This document shows positions 9,649-18,919 of a stretch of DNA of 64,000 nt, piece by piece (positions within the stretch are counted from its first letter, which is position 1; each line of letters begins with the position of its first letter). Source of the stretch: Fimbriimonadales bacterium (lineage in GTDB: Bacteria; Armatimonadota; Fimbriimonadia; Fimbriimonadales; ATM1). The translations under genes and the position numbers were made by a program. Under the pieces are notes generated by a model. The model was not told the origin of the DNA and did not search any database. It saw only the letters and a list, made by a program, of their open reading frames with translations. The stretch is taken from NCBI GenBank assembly GCA_041744215.1, contig JBGTLG010000015.1, forward strand, positions 32,001 to 96,000, given 5' to 3'.

Positions 9649-10314
9649 TTACTCTCGAAACTCTGCTATAGCTTCGATCGGTTTTCTCTTGATGTTGGGG
9701 ACAACGCAATTCAAGCTTGGATATCCGACCGGCATAAGCACGAACGGCTTCTCACTCATGGGGCGGCCACAAAGCTCTCGCAGAAACGTCATAGGTGCAG
9801 GCGTGTGCGTTAGTGTCGCAAGACCAGATCTGTGTAAAGCCTGGATGAAGAAGCCCACAGCAATCCCGACCGACTCGGTCATATAGTAGTTCTTGATTCT
9901 GCGCCCATCGGGAAGCTCTTCGTAGTCCCTTCGGAACACGATCACCACCCAAGGTGCGACAGTGAGGTAGTCCTTGTTAAAGTCGGTCCCGAGTGGCTCA
10001 AGCGCCTCCAACCATTCTGGCGTCGCTCGCCTTTCGTAGAAATCGATCTCCGCCCGCTCGACTTCAGCGCGCATTCGCTCCTTAAGCTCGTGGTTCGAGA
10101 TAGCCACGAAGTGCCAAGGTTGGCGGTGCGCTCCACTGGGTGCGGTGCCCGCGATTCGGATCGCATTCGCTATGAGTTCTCGTGGCACCGGGTCGTGCGA
10201 GAACATCCTCACAGACCGCCTTCCATTCGCAACGTCTAGGTCTCGCCGCGATACCTCGAGGGAATCGTGAAGGCTCATTCGGTCAGGCCGATAGGCGACA
10301 GGTTCGTAAGCCAT
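9649..10314 (-). CDS. iodotyrosine deiodinase-like nitroreductase (FMN)
   Basis: RRSVRMFS, APSGAHRQPWHFV, AEIDFY, NKDYL, ESVGIAVG, TLTHTP. Start revised to ATG 10314 because the longer ORF overlaps the divergent gene. Confidence 0.85.
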   Translation of the reverse strand: MAYEPVAYRPDRMSLHDSLEVSRRDLDVANGRRSVRMFSHDPVPRELIANAIRIAGTAPSGAHRQPWHFVAISNHELKERMRAEVERAEIDFYERRATPEWLEALEPLGTDFNKDYLTVAPWVVIVFRRDYEELPDGRRIKNYYMTESVGIAVGFFIQALHRSGLATLTHTPAPMTFLRELCGRPMSEKPFVLMPVGYPSLNCVVPNIKRKPIEAIAEFRE

Positions 10315-10357
10315 CTGGGCAGTTTTCCATAAGTTGCCTGGGGTGTAGAATCGAATC

Positions 10358-11122
10358 ATGGATCCCCTGCTCACCGAGCGACGCGGCGACGTCGTCCACA
10401 TAACGCTTAACCGGCCGGAAGTTAGAAATGCGTTTGATGAAGACCTGATCGCACGAATAACGAGTGAGTTCAATGCAGTAACGACCGAGAGAGCCGTCAT
10501 TCTAGCGGGCGAAGGGATGACGTTCTGCGCAGGTGGCGATCTCAATTGGATGAGGCTTTCCGTTCACCTCTCTGAGCACGAAAACAGGCAGGATGCATTG
10601 CGACTTGCCCAGATGTTCCGAGCTGTCGACGAATGTCCGTGCCCCGTAATCGCGGTCGTGCAAGGTGCAGCATTTGGGGGCGGCCTCGGACTCGTGTGTT
10701 GCTCCGACATCGTCGTGGCAGCCAACGATGCCAAGTTTTGCTTCTCGGAGACAAAGCTGGGCCTTGCCCCGGCCGTTATCGCTCCGTTCGCAGTAAGGAA
10801 GATCGGAGTGTCAAATGCGCGCCGTTACTTCCTGACCGCTGAGGTTCTGAATGCGGACGAAGCCATGCGCCTCGGCATCGTGCACGAAATCGCCAACTCT
10901 TCCGACATCTACGAGCGGGCGCAGTCAATCGTCGCGGCACTCCTCGCAAACGGCCCTCTGGCCGTCAAGGAGGCAAAGAGACTGATCCGTGAAGTTGCGA
11001 CACGCCCTATCGACGAGGCGCTCGATGCTGCCGCTGACGCTATTGCCAAACTGCGCGTCTCTGAAGAAGGACAGGAAGGCGTGATCGCCTTTTTGGACAA
11101 GCGTCCACCCTACTGGCACTAG
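10358..11122 (+). CDS. enoyl-CoA hydratase, methylglutaconyl-CoA hydratase-like
   Basis: LNRPEVRNAF, FCAGGDL, AFGGGLGL, SETKLGLAP, EGQEG..AFL.KR.P.W. Confidence 0.92.
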   Translation: MDPLLTERRGDVVHITLNRPEVRNAFDEDLIARITSEFNAVTTERAVILAGEGMTFCAGGDLNWMRLSVHLSEHENRQDALRLAQMFRAVDECPCPVIAVVQGAAFGGGLGLVCCSDIVVAANDAKFCFSETKLGLAPAVIAPFAVRKIGVSNARRYFLTAEVLNADEAMRLGIVHEIANSSDIYERAQSIVAALLANGPLAVKEAKRLIREVATRPIDEALDAAADAIAKLRVSEEGQEGVIAFLDKRPPYWH

Positions 11123-11156
11123 ACACCATCGAGCCTTTACCTCCGTCTAAGCGATT

Positions 11157-11459
11157 ATGAATTGGTGGAGAGGGCTCGTGGTCATGGGCTTGGTTCTGAT
11201 TTTAGGCCGGATTGGATTTGGAGCCGCGCCGACGGACTCGGGCGCTTGGGTTCCTGACCCCCTCAGCGGCTACGGATGGATTCGATGCGAGGTAGACGCA
11301 CTCGAGTTTTTGAGTCCGCAGAGCGAACAAGTTGATGTCGGCCCCTACCCTGATCTGCCACAGGATCACTGGGCATACGAAGCGGTCATGAGCCTCAAAC
11401 GACTCGGGATCATGGTCGGTTACCCTCCCGCTTCTCCGGCCGGTCATCGAATAAGGTAG
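11157..11459 (+). CDS. small exported protein with one SLH (S-layer homology) motif
   Basis: Signal peptide, then YPDLPQDHWAYEAVMSLKRLGIMVGYP. Confidence 0.65.
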   Translation: MNWWRGLVVMGLVLILGRIGFGAAPTDSGAWVPDPLSGYGWIRCEVDALEFLSPQSEQVDVGPYPDLPQDHWAYEAVMSLKRLGIMVGYPPASPAGHRIR

Positions 11460-11528
11460 CTCCGGCGAGGAACGATCGCTTCGCCTTACAGCGTATCCTC
11501 CCAGAATTCGCCGCGCCAAGCCCTAACC

Positions 11529-12557
11529 ATGAACGCTCTACTCTTTCCAGCCCTACTTCTTGCGTCTTCACAAAGCCCGGTACCTGCAGGTTGGATTGAC
11601 GCGCTTTCCACCATTGAGGCTACGCGGCTCCGTTCGATCGTCACTTATCTCGCATCAGATGAGATGGAGGGGAGGGATTCTCCTTCCGCAGGTCTTGATA
11701 AATCCGCCGCGTTCATCGCCAAAGCGTTCGAATCAGCTGGACTGGAAAAAGGCGGCATCGAAGGATACTTGCATACGACCTCGTACACCAACCGACGCGG
11801 CGAAGAAGGGCGCGTTGCAAACGTCATTGGGATTTTGCCTGGAACCGATTCAGAGCTAAAGGACACCTACATACTTCTCACCGCTCACTATGACCACCTC
11901 GGAAAGAATGATCGACTTGAAGGAGATCAGGTTTTCAATGGGGCTAACGACAACGCGAGCGGAACTGCGGGCGTCATGGAAGTAGCTCACATCCTCTCGC
12001 GTGCGAAGTTAAAAACCAAGCGATCCATCATATTCGTCGCGTTCTGGGGAGAAGAGAAGGGGCTGCTCGGAGCGCGCCACTTCATTGAATCGCAGCCGAT
12101 CCCCATTGATAAGATTGTGGGGGTCATAAACCTCGAGCAAATCGGTCGCACAGATGACACTGAAGCCCCGCGAGTCGCCGCAGTCAGCATGACAGGATTC
12201 GACTACTCGACCTTTGGCCCCCTCTTTGCGTCATTGCAAGAAGCGTCTGGGGTCAAGACAGAGATGCATCCCCGTAACAGCGACGCGTTCTTCGTCGCAA
12301 GCGACAACATAGCTTTCGCTCAGAAAGGAATCCCCGCACACACCGTGTGTACCGCATTCATGTTTCCGGACTATCACAAGGTCACCGACCACGCAGACAA
12401 ACTGGACTACGATAACATGGCGAAGATACTCCGCCTCGTCACACTCGGCGTCCTGTCACTCGCAGACTCCGATCAAGAACCACGATGGAATCTCGAGAAC
12501 CCTCGTGCAAAGCGATACCACGACATTCGCTCAGGCGGGGCTGGCAATAAGAAGTAG
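11529..12557 (+). CDS. M28 family metallopeptidase, exported
   Basis: AHYDHLG, GANDNASG, GEEKGLLG, NLEQIG, SDN..F, DYH..TD. Confidence 0.93.
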   Translation: MNALLFPALLLASSQSPVPAGWIDALSTIEATRLRSIVTYLASDEMEGRDSPSAGLDKSAAFIAKAFESAGLEKGGIEGYLHTTSYTNRRGEEGRVANVIGILPGTDSELKDTYILLTAHYDHLGKNDRLEGDQVFNGANDNASGTAGVMEVAHILSRAKLKTKRSIIFVAFWGEEKGLLGARHFIESQPIPIDKIVGVINLEQIGRTDDTEAPRVAAVSMTGFDYSTFGPLFASLQEASGVKTEMHPRNSDAFFVASDNIAFAQKGIPAHTVCTAFMFPDYHKVTDHADKLDYDNMAKILRLVTLGVLSLADSDQEPRWNLENPRAKRYHDIRSGGAGNKK

Positions 12558-12558
12558 A

Positions 12559-13443
12559 CTAATTCACCCGGGCTGCAGTTGGTCTTTCGTCACTCGCCGC
12601 GTTCTGCGACAGGTTCACAACATCGGTGCCGTCGTTTCGCATCCGAAAAATCTCGCCGACTCCAAATGCAAACACAGTCCAGACGATGCTGTTTCCGTCA
12701 GGAGTATAGTGCGGATCAAAGTTCTCGCTGAGGTTCGACGTGAGTTGGACGATGTCCGTGCCTGTGGCCGCCATAGTGAAAATTTGCGGCAACCCTGCTC
12801 GGTACATCACGAAACAAATCCGTCCCCCGCCAGGGCTGTATGATGGGTCACCCGCGTCGTCCGGATCAAACGTCAACCGAAAAACACTTGGCTCGCCGAT
12901 GTTCCAATTGGCTCGGTAGATATCGTAGCTCCCATTCCGGTCGCTCCCAAAGATAATGTGCTGACCATCCGGATGAAATGACGGACTCTGATTATCTCCT
13001 ACGCTAGCAACAAGGGTAAACGTGCTATTGAGGGTGTCGTAGACATATATGCTTCGATCACCGGCGCCCACTGCGAAGCAAAAGGCAATGTACCGTCCGT
13101 TTGGGCTCCATGACGGATCTGTCTCATCCCCGTTATCGCTCGTCCGCTGAAGCAAGGTAGATCCATCAACGTTCATCGTGTACAGTTCCAGGTTTCCGGT
13201 TCCACCGCGGTTCGCAACGAACGCGATCCGATCCCCCCTCGGGCTGATGGCTGGATCTAGATCATCGACCGAGCCGAATGTCATCTGAGTTTGCTCAGTG
13301 CCGGCAATCGACATGATGTACACGTGATAGAAGCTGCTCCGGTTCGATGCGAAAACGACTTTAGTCGGAGCCGTGAATACGCTGCAGCTGCCCAAGGCAA
13401 TTGCTGATAGGATCGTTGCGGCCAAAGCAATCCATCTGGTCAT
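12559..13443 (-). CDS. TolB-like PD40 beta-propeller lipoprotein
   Basis: Lipobox-like ALGSC; repeated P.(W/F/I)SPxG..I.F motifs. Confidence 0.85.
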   Translation of the reverse strand: MTRWIALAATILSAIALGSCSVFTAPTKVVFASNRSSFYHVYIMSIAGTEQTQMTFGSVDDLDPAISPRGDRIAFVANRGGTGNLELYTMNVDGSTLLQRTSDNGDETDPSWSPNGRYIAFCFAVGAGDRSIYVYDTLNSTFTLVASVGDNQSPSFHPDGQHIIFGSDRNGSYDIYRANWNIGEPSVFRLTFDPDDAGDPSYSPGGGRICFVMYRAGLPQIFTMAATGTDIVQLTSNLSENFDPHYTPDGNSIVWTVFAFGVGEIFRMRNDGTDVVNLSQNAASDERPTAARVN

Positions 13444-13536
13444 TTCGTTCTCTCCCTGGGTTCCCAGTTCTTAGGCGGAAACCTCTTTTTCTACTGACGT
13501 ACCCGACTGGCTCCCGATTCGCCGACCTGCGAGGCT

Positions 13537-13568
13537 AAAAAAGAAAAGCCCCGCCAGTCAGGCGGGGC
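13537..13568 (-). terminator. intrinsic terminator of rpsT
   Basis: Minus strand GCCCCGCC-TGACT-GGCGGGGC followed by TTTTCTTTTTT. Confidence 0.88.
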
Positions 13569-13586
13569 GCGGGTCTAATCGTTGAG

Positions 13587-13865
13587 TCAAGCCGCGGAAG
13601 CGGCCTTGTTTGCGGCCCTCGCCATTCGGCTTTTGCGCCGCGCAGCCTGATTCTTGTGGATGATCCCACGCTCAGCGGCTTTGTCGATGGACTTAGCGGC
13701 CAAGGACACGATTGCGGGATCACCGCTCGCTTTGGCTTTCTTGACAAGCGTCTTGAGGGCGCTCTTCGTACTCTGGTTCCGGAGCCGAAGGCGCTCATTT
13801 CTCTCAAGCGCACTCCGCCACTTGCTGCGGCGAAGATCCTTTTGCGACATTTTCTTTTGAGACAT
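13587..13865 (-). CDS. rpsT: 30S ribosomal protein S20
   Basis: [39 protein letters not shown]. Confidence 0.96.
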   Translation of the reverse strand: MSQKKMSQKDLRRSKWRSALERNERLRLRNQSTKSALKTLVKKAKASGDPAIVSLAAKSIDKAAERGIIHKNQAARRKSRMARAANKAASAA

Positions 13866-13944
13866 TGAAATCCTTGTAGAGGGTGGGATTCACCCTTAAT
13901 CTGCCCGAATTCTGGCAGGTCTAGGGGTCAATTTTCAACCCGAC

Positions 13945-15762
13945 CTACTTTTTCATGAACTTGCGCTTGGCCTTGTCAAAGCCCTGATCGACCTTCTTTG
14001 AGTCGAAATGCCAGACTGGGGAGCCGCTCCTCTGGAAGAAGCAGTGGTAGCCAACCAAGATTGACGCAACCATACGGCGAGACATTCGCCGCACCACGTT
14101 CGCCTCCGCCAAGATCGTTAGATAGTCAGCCCCTTTTGAATAGTGGCCAAGCACGTCCATCAGGATTTCATAGTTCGAAAGCTCGGTGGCACGGGCAGCG
14201 AGATCGCGAAGTTCTTCCATCCGTTCAGACGAAATGAACAGGAGCGGGTCACTGTCGTCGACCCAGGCGAACTCGTATACATTGGGCCGCTGCGTCCTGC
14301 TCAAGCTGAAAACTGCGCCGCTCTCAACAGGTTGCTCGAACCACCAGTCGATTAGGTTGAACATCAGCCTGGCCTCGTGGTTCACCCAAACGTTCAACTC
14401 GCGACCTCCCGATTCAACCAGCACGATCTCTTGAACGTTTGGCTCTGCGCCAAGCCAGCCTGTCGGGAACTGGCACATAGGGAATGTCCCGATCTCTCGG
14501 TGGAGTGACTTCAGCACGAGCCGAATCTGCTCTGGCTGCTTCTTGGCCTTCGGAAGCACGTCCTCATCAAGGACGTCCATCGCGAGCGGGTTGCCCATCT
14601 CTTTGCGGATCGCGCTCGTGAATCCGTCGTCCGTTAACTCAACGTCGATCGGCTCACCGTCATCGTCCAAAAACTCGCTCTCAGGGAAGTGGAAGAATTC
14701 TGGCACCGCGTAGATGAATTCGGGCGCAGACTCCGGCTTCCGGAAGCGGTCTCCGCCGACAAACCAAACACGCTCATCCTTCAGAAGGCCTGCCATTGCA
14801 TTTGCAAGGTCCTCGGACCATGTCCGATCAGCGGGCGTGAGCTCGTATTTGTCCTCCAGCATCTTCGCGACGCTGAATGACACATCTGTGCGGAGAATCT
14901 TCTCCACGATGCCGTCTACGTCTTCGGATGAGAACTCGAGCGGCGCGGCCTCTTCAGTCTCGATGACTGGCACGGCCTTCTCTGCTTCCTTCAAAGCCTC
15001 TTTCAGCCACTTCTGGGCCTCAGACTCGGGGTAGACGAACCCGTCAGCAGCTAGCAGGTAACCCGGCTGAGCGACTATCGCATCGAACAGCGCCACAGTA
15101 TCAAAGAGGCTCTCTTCATACGGGTCGCTGGTCGCCAATTGCTTCCAAGCGCTATAGCCGACTGCCTTCAAGCTAAAGGGCGCAGACTTGACGACTTCTT
15201 TAGCTGCTCGCGTGATATCTTTGAAGTTCACGCTGCCGAACTGATCCAGCGCAGATTGCGCCTCCGCAGCGGACATATCGTTCAAAAACAGCGCATCCTC
15301 TTCGCTCTCGCGATCGGCGAGGAAGACCCAACTCGATAACCCTGCCAACCCAGATTCGGTGACGAACGTTTGGCGGCTGCTCGTCAGCATCGCCGGCAAG
15401 CGGAGCGCAAGTGTGTCGGCATCGAGCTTCTTGGTGGCGGCAATCTCGACGGCGAGGTCATCCACCGCCATCGGTCCGCCAAAGTTCTCAAGCGTCTTAC
15501 GAGCTAACTCGAGCACGGGTCCATTGCCAGCTTCAACCCGCGAAGTCGGCAGCCAGCGGCGGTCGTGATACACGAACACCCTGGGATTCGAGGCCAAAAG
15601 CCGTCGAAGATCGGTGAGACTCAGCCCGTTCTTCGAAACTTGTTGGGCCAGGTCGCCCAATCGGAGCGTCGAAGAAACTCGGGCGAAACCTGAAAGGACG
15701 ATCTGGTCGGCGTATGCACGCGCGACTCCCTTGCGATCGGATTTTTTGGAAGCGGTTGCCAA
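13945..15762 (-). CDS. hypothetical protein, possible multi winged-helix nucleic-acid-binding protein
   Basis: 605-aa open frame with TTG start; several helix-rich units ending in F/W wing-like motifs. Confidence 0.75.
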   Translation of the reverse strand: MATASKKSDRKGVARAYADQIVLSGFARVSSTLRLGDLAQQVSKNGLSLTDLRRLLASNPRVFVYHDRRWLPTSRVEAGNGPVLELARKTLENFGGPMAVDDLAVEIAATKKLDADTLALRLPAMLTSSRQTFVTESGLAGLSSWVFLADRESEEDALFLNDMSAAEAQSALDQFGSVNFKDITRAAKEVVKSAPFSLKAVGYSAWKQLATSDPYEESLFDTVALFDAIVAQPGYLLAADGFVYPESEAQKWLKEALKEAEKAVPVIETEEAAPLEFSSEDVDGIVEKILRTDVSFSVAKMLEDKYELTPADRTWSEDLANAMAGLLKDERVWFVGGDRFRKPESAPEFIYAVPEFFHFPESEFLDDDGEPIDVELTDDGFTSAIRKEMGNPLAMDVLDEDVLPKAKKQPEQIRLVLKSLHREIGTFPMCQFPTGWLGAEPNVQEIVLVESGGRELNVWVNHEARLMFNLIDWWFEQPVESGAVFSLSRTQRPNVYEFAWVDDSDPLLFISSERMEELRDLAARATELSNYEILMDVLGHYSKGADYLTILAEANVVRRMSRRMVASILVGYHCFFQRSGSPVWHFDSKKVDQGFDKAKRKFMKK

Positions 15763-15830
15763 ACTGCAGTAACCTCGGTGAAATCATCGCCGGGTGGCCC
15801 CAGCGAGAGCCTCAGAGTATGGCACATCGC

Positions 15831-17036
15831 CTACTCGAAGCGCATGGCCTCTACCGGGTCCTTCCCAGCTGCTCGCAACGCAGGCAGTAACCCAAAAACG
15901 CATCCCACCCCAATGCTCAACCCAAAGCCGAGCATGACAATAGGGAACGTGAGACTGGCCTGGATAGGGGTGAGAGCCTCGATCAAGAGGATCGAGGCCC
16001 AAGTCGCAACGAGGCCGAGTACACCGCCACCGCTGGTCAGGATTACTGACTCCAGTAGGAAGTGAACGAATATGTGCGACCTCCTCGCACCAACGGTCTT
16101 TCGAATGCCTATCTCGCGCCTCCGCTCATTGACGTTCATCAGCATCACAGTCATGATTCCAACCCCTCCCACGAAAAGTGCGATGGCGCTGATCCCGACA
16201 ACCAAGTAGGTGAGGATGTTTAGCACTTTGAAAATTGCCTGCAGCAGTTCATCATGAGTAAGAACCGAGAAGGTCTCCTCGCCGCCCTGACTCGCCAGTA
16301 CTGCAACCTTGATAGCTGATTTGATCCTCGCTGGCTCCATCGTCGGATTTGTCTCAACGAAAATGCGGTCGATCTGCACCCTCCCTTTAGCCACGGTCTC
16401 AACGGCCGCTTTGAAAGGAATGTAAAGGATTCTCGAGAATGGGTTTCCGCCAAAGACGCCGCCCGAGCCGGACTCGGTGGTGACGCCGACGACACGAAAT
16501 CGGAACCCGTTGATTATCACTATGCGGCCAACGGCCCCCTCGTTCCCAAACAGGCTCTGCTTGGCCGCATCGCCGATGATGGCCTCCGCAGCCATAGGCG
16601 AACTAAACCCACCGCCTTCGCTGTACTCGTGCGGTCGCATATCAAACCAGCTGACATCAACTGCTAAGGCGAATGCCTGGCCGGGCTCTCCTCCTTCTGC
16701 AGCAACGGTGCCGCCAACGAACGTCCACTTAGCCGTGTTCATCACCCCCGTCACGGAACGAACCGCGGCTTCGTCTTTTTCAGTCAACGGGCTCAACCCG
16801 ATGTTCCCGCTGTTACCGAACGGCGAGGAGGTGTCTATCCGACCCGGTACAACGATCACGTTGTTTGCGCCAAGTGAACCAACCTGCTTGGTAACCTCCT
16901 CCCGAACGCCCTGCGCTATCGAAATGAGGAGCATCACCGCCAGCGTCCCAACCATGATTCCGATCGCGCTCAGAAGAGATCGGGACCAGTTCTCGCGTAC
17001 GGAAGCGATCGCATCGGAAACGACTGGTGGCAACAT
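15831..17036 (-). CDS. MacB/FtsX-family ABC transporter permease
   Basis: RSLLS..GI..G, GGVGIMTVML..V.ER.REIGIRK.VGA, GLLPA.RA...DPVEAMRFE. Confidence 0.93.
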   Translation of the reverse strand: MLPPVVSDAIASVRENWSRSLLSAIGIMVGTLAVMLLISIAQGVREEVTKQVGSLGANNVIVVPGRIDTSSPFGNSGNIGLSPLTEKDEAAVRSVTGVMNTAKWTFVGGTVAAEGGEPGQAFALAVDVSWFDMRPHEYSEGGGFSSPMAAEAIIGDAAKQSLFGNEGAVGRIVIINGFRFRVVGVTTESGSGGVFGGNPFSRILYIPFKAAVETVAKGRVQIDRIFVETNPTMEPARIKSAIKVAVLASQGGEETFSVLTHDELLQAIFKVLNILTYLVVGISAIALFVGGVGIMTVMLMNVNERRREIGIRKTVGARRSHIFVHFLLESVILTSGGGVLGLVATWASILLIEALTPIQASLTFPIVMLGFGLSIGVGCVFGLLPALRAAGKDPVEAMRFE

Positions 17037-17203
17037 CGGAGACGGCTATTGTACGACGTGAACCCAAAGTCGCGCCTGCCCACAGCAAAACCGCCGGTTT
17101 TGCCGCCTGTCCTCGGGAGAGATCTAAGAAAAGGTGGAAAGAGACCAATAAGAAAGGTGGATAGAGTTCACCTTCCTTGGGGCTTGCGGTCTTTGCTCTC
17201 CTT

Positions 17204-17728
17204 TCACCGCAGGCCCCCTTTTTCTTTACCTCGTCGTTTCTCCTTCAGGTACTGCTCCGCATCCGTGGGGCTAAGCACGCGAACCATCGGCTTCCCCTCT
17301 TGGATGAACCGTTCGAACTCGCGCTCGTCCAGCAAACCCTGGTTCACAAACTCCTCGAAGACCGTTCGCAGCACAGTCCCCTCGGTCGGCGGATAAGGAT
17401 AAGCGTCGATCCACAGTCCTGGCCCCTTCTTCGTTTCGTAAGCCACAGCCGCAACATACGTGTCCCCCGCAAGTTGCTCCAAATGCTCGAGCGAGGCGTC
17501 GGTCACCCACATACCTCGTAGAGTCGCGAAGCCTCGCGATTCCAAATCCGCAATACCGTCCTTTTCAGAGCCAAACTGCATAGACACGACCTGAACCCCT
17601 AGTTGTGGATTCACGTAAGTAAAGTGCGTTGAATCGCCGACGCGGCGGTACATGACGCAGCATTCGCCGTCACTCTTGAACTGCGTCACTGCTTCCGGGA
17701 ACTCAGCAAAATCGACAACAAGCGTCAT
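17204..17728 (-). CDS. hypothetical protein
   Basis: Open frame; start placed at MTLVVDF because the upstream extension runs into the his promoter/leader. Confidence 0.7.
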   Translation of the reverse strand: MTLVVDFAEFPEAVTQFKSDGECCVMYRRVGDSTHFTYVNPQLGVQVVSMQFGSEKDGIADLESRGFATLRGMWVTDASLEHLEQLAGDTYVAAVAYETKKGPGLWIDAYPYPPTEGTVLRTVFEEFVNQGLLDEREFERFIQEGKPMVRVLSPTDAEQYLKEKRRGKEKGGLR

Positions 17729-17866
17729 GGGTGCCCCCCGTGCGCGACCGTCACGTTGCCGAAGGACAAGCCGCTGGCAGATCCGGCCGCTGGCACAACT
17801 GCGTTCAAATGCATTTCTTTCAAACCACTCACGGGTTCGCCGCTCAAAGCCCGCATTCCTGCTCGG

Positions 17867-17895
17867 TTGCATTGGCATCATTAGTGCGGTACACT
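17867..17895 (+). promoter_or_regulatory. sigma70-type promoter of the his operon
   Basis: TTGCAT (17867-72), 17-nt spacer, TACACT (17890-95). Confidence 0.7.
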
Positions 17896-17902
17896 TACTG
17901 CC

Positions 17903-17959
17903 GTGCGAAGCAAGGTTTGGTTTATCCACCATCATCACTCGGCCGTGCGGCCGGCGTGA
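17903..17959 (+). CDS. hisL: his operon leader peptide MRSKVWFIHHHHSAVRPA
   Basis: GTG-started 18-codon ORF with four consecutive His codons (CAC CAT CAT CAC), directly before the attenuator and hisG. Confidence 0.85.
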   Translation: MRSKVWFIHHHHSAVRPA

Positions 17960-17994
17960 TCCTTCGCTTCGTCTGAAATCTTCAACTTCAACGT

Positions 17995-18034
17995 AGCCAG
18001 CGCCGGTCGAGAAATGACCGGCGCTGGCTTTTTT
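17995..18034 (+). terminator. his attenuator terminator hairpin
   Basis: AGCCAGCGCCGGTC-GAGAAAT-GACCGGCGCTGGCT plus a T run, 11 nt before hisG. Confidence 0.9.
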
Positions 18035-18045
18035 GGTGTCCCAAA

Positions 18046-18915
18046 GTGAAACTAAACGATTCAGTCATCAGAATGGGCCTCCCTAAGGGCCGCATGCAAG
18101 AAGGTGTCTTCCGCCTCATGGCAGAGGCAGGCATCCCTTTGACCGCGGGCGACCGAGGCTATCGGCCGTCGGTACCTCTCGACGGGTTTGAGGCAAAAGT
18201 CTTGAAACCTCAGAACGTCGTTGAGATGATCGATCTTGGTTCCCGCGATGTGGGCTTCGCTGGCGCCGACTGGGTAGCTGAACTCTCCGCGAACGTCGTT
18301 GAGTTGCTTGACACAGAACTTGACCACGTACGCCTGATCGCGGCGGCACCGCCAGGCACACTAGACAGCGACCGTACTGTGCGTGGTCAGCTAGTCGTCG
18401 CAAGCGAGTACGAACAACTGACGAAGAAGTGGATTGCACAAAGAGGCCTCGATGCGATCTACATGCGCTCATACGGCGCAACTGAAGTGTTTCCACCTGA
18501 AGACTCCGACATTATCGTCGACAATACAGCGACAGGAAGCACTCTGCGCGCGAATGGCCTTCAAGTCATCGACGAACTCATGACGTCATCAACGAGACTC
18601 TATGCAAATCCGAAAGCGCTAGCAATGCAAGCTAAGCGCGAGCCAATCGAGAGGCTCTTACTCCTGATCCGATCCGTGCTTGATGCGAGAAAGAGAGTCA
18701 TGCTCGAAGTAAACGTCTCCGCGGGCTCACTGAACAGCCTCATTGCTATTCTCCCGTGCATGCGTGAACCTACGGTATCACCATTGCATGGTGCTACCGC
18801 ATTCGCTGTGAAGTCTGCAGTGCCACGGGCAGTTCTACCCAAGCTCATTCCAATCATCAAATCAGCTGGCGGAACCGACATCGTCGTTTCCGAACTCGCG
18901 CAGATCGTTCCATAA
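18046..18915 (+). CDS. hisG: ATP phosphoribosyltransferase (long form)
   Basis: LPKGRM, GATE..P, D.IVD.T.TGSTLRANGL, C-terminal PTVSPL regulatory domain. Confidence 0.96.
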   Translation: MKLNDSVIRMGLPKGRMQEGVFRLMAEAGIPLTAGDRGYRPSVPLDGFEAKVLKPQNVVEMIDLGSRDVGFAGADWVAELSANVVELLDTELDHVRLIAAAPPGTLDSDRTVRGQLVVASEYEQLTKKWIAQRGLDAIYMRSYGATEVFPPEDSDIIVDNTATGSTLRANGLQVIDELMTSSTRLYANPKALAMQAKREPIERLLLLIRSVLDARKRVMLEVNVSAGSLNSLIAILPCMREPTVSPLHGATAFAVKSAVPRAVLPKLIPIIKSAGGTDIVVSELAQIVP

Positions 18916-18919
18916 AGCC

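Noticed and set aside
17729-17938. N-terminal extension of the 244-aa minus-strand ORF
   Set aside because: It lies antisense to the his promoter and leader; the MMM start is the reverse complement of the His codons
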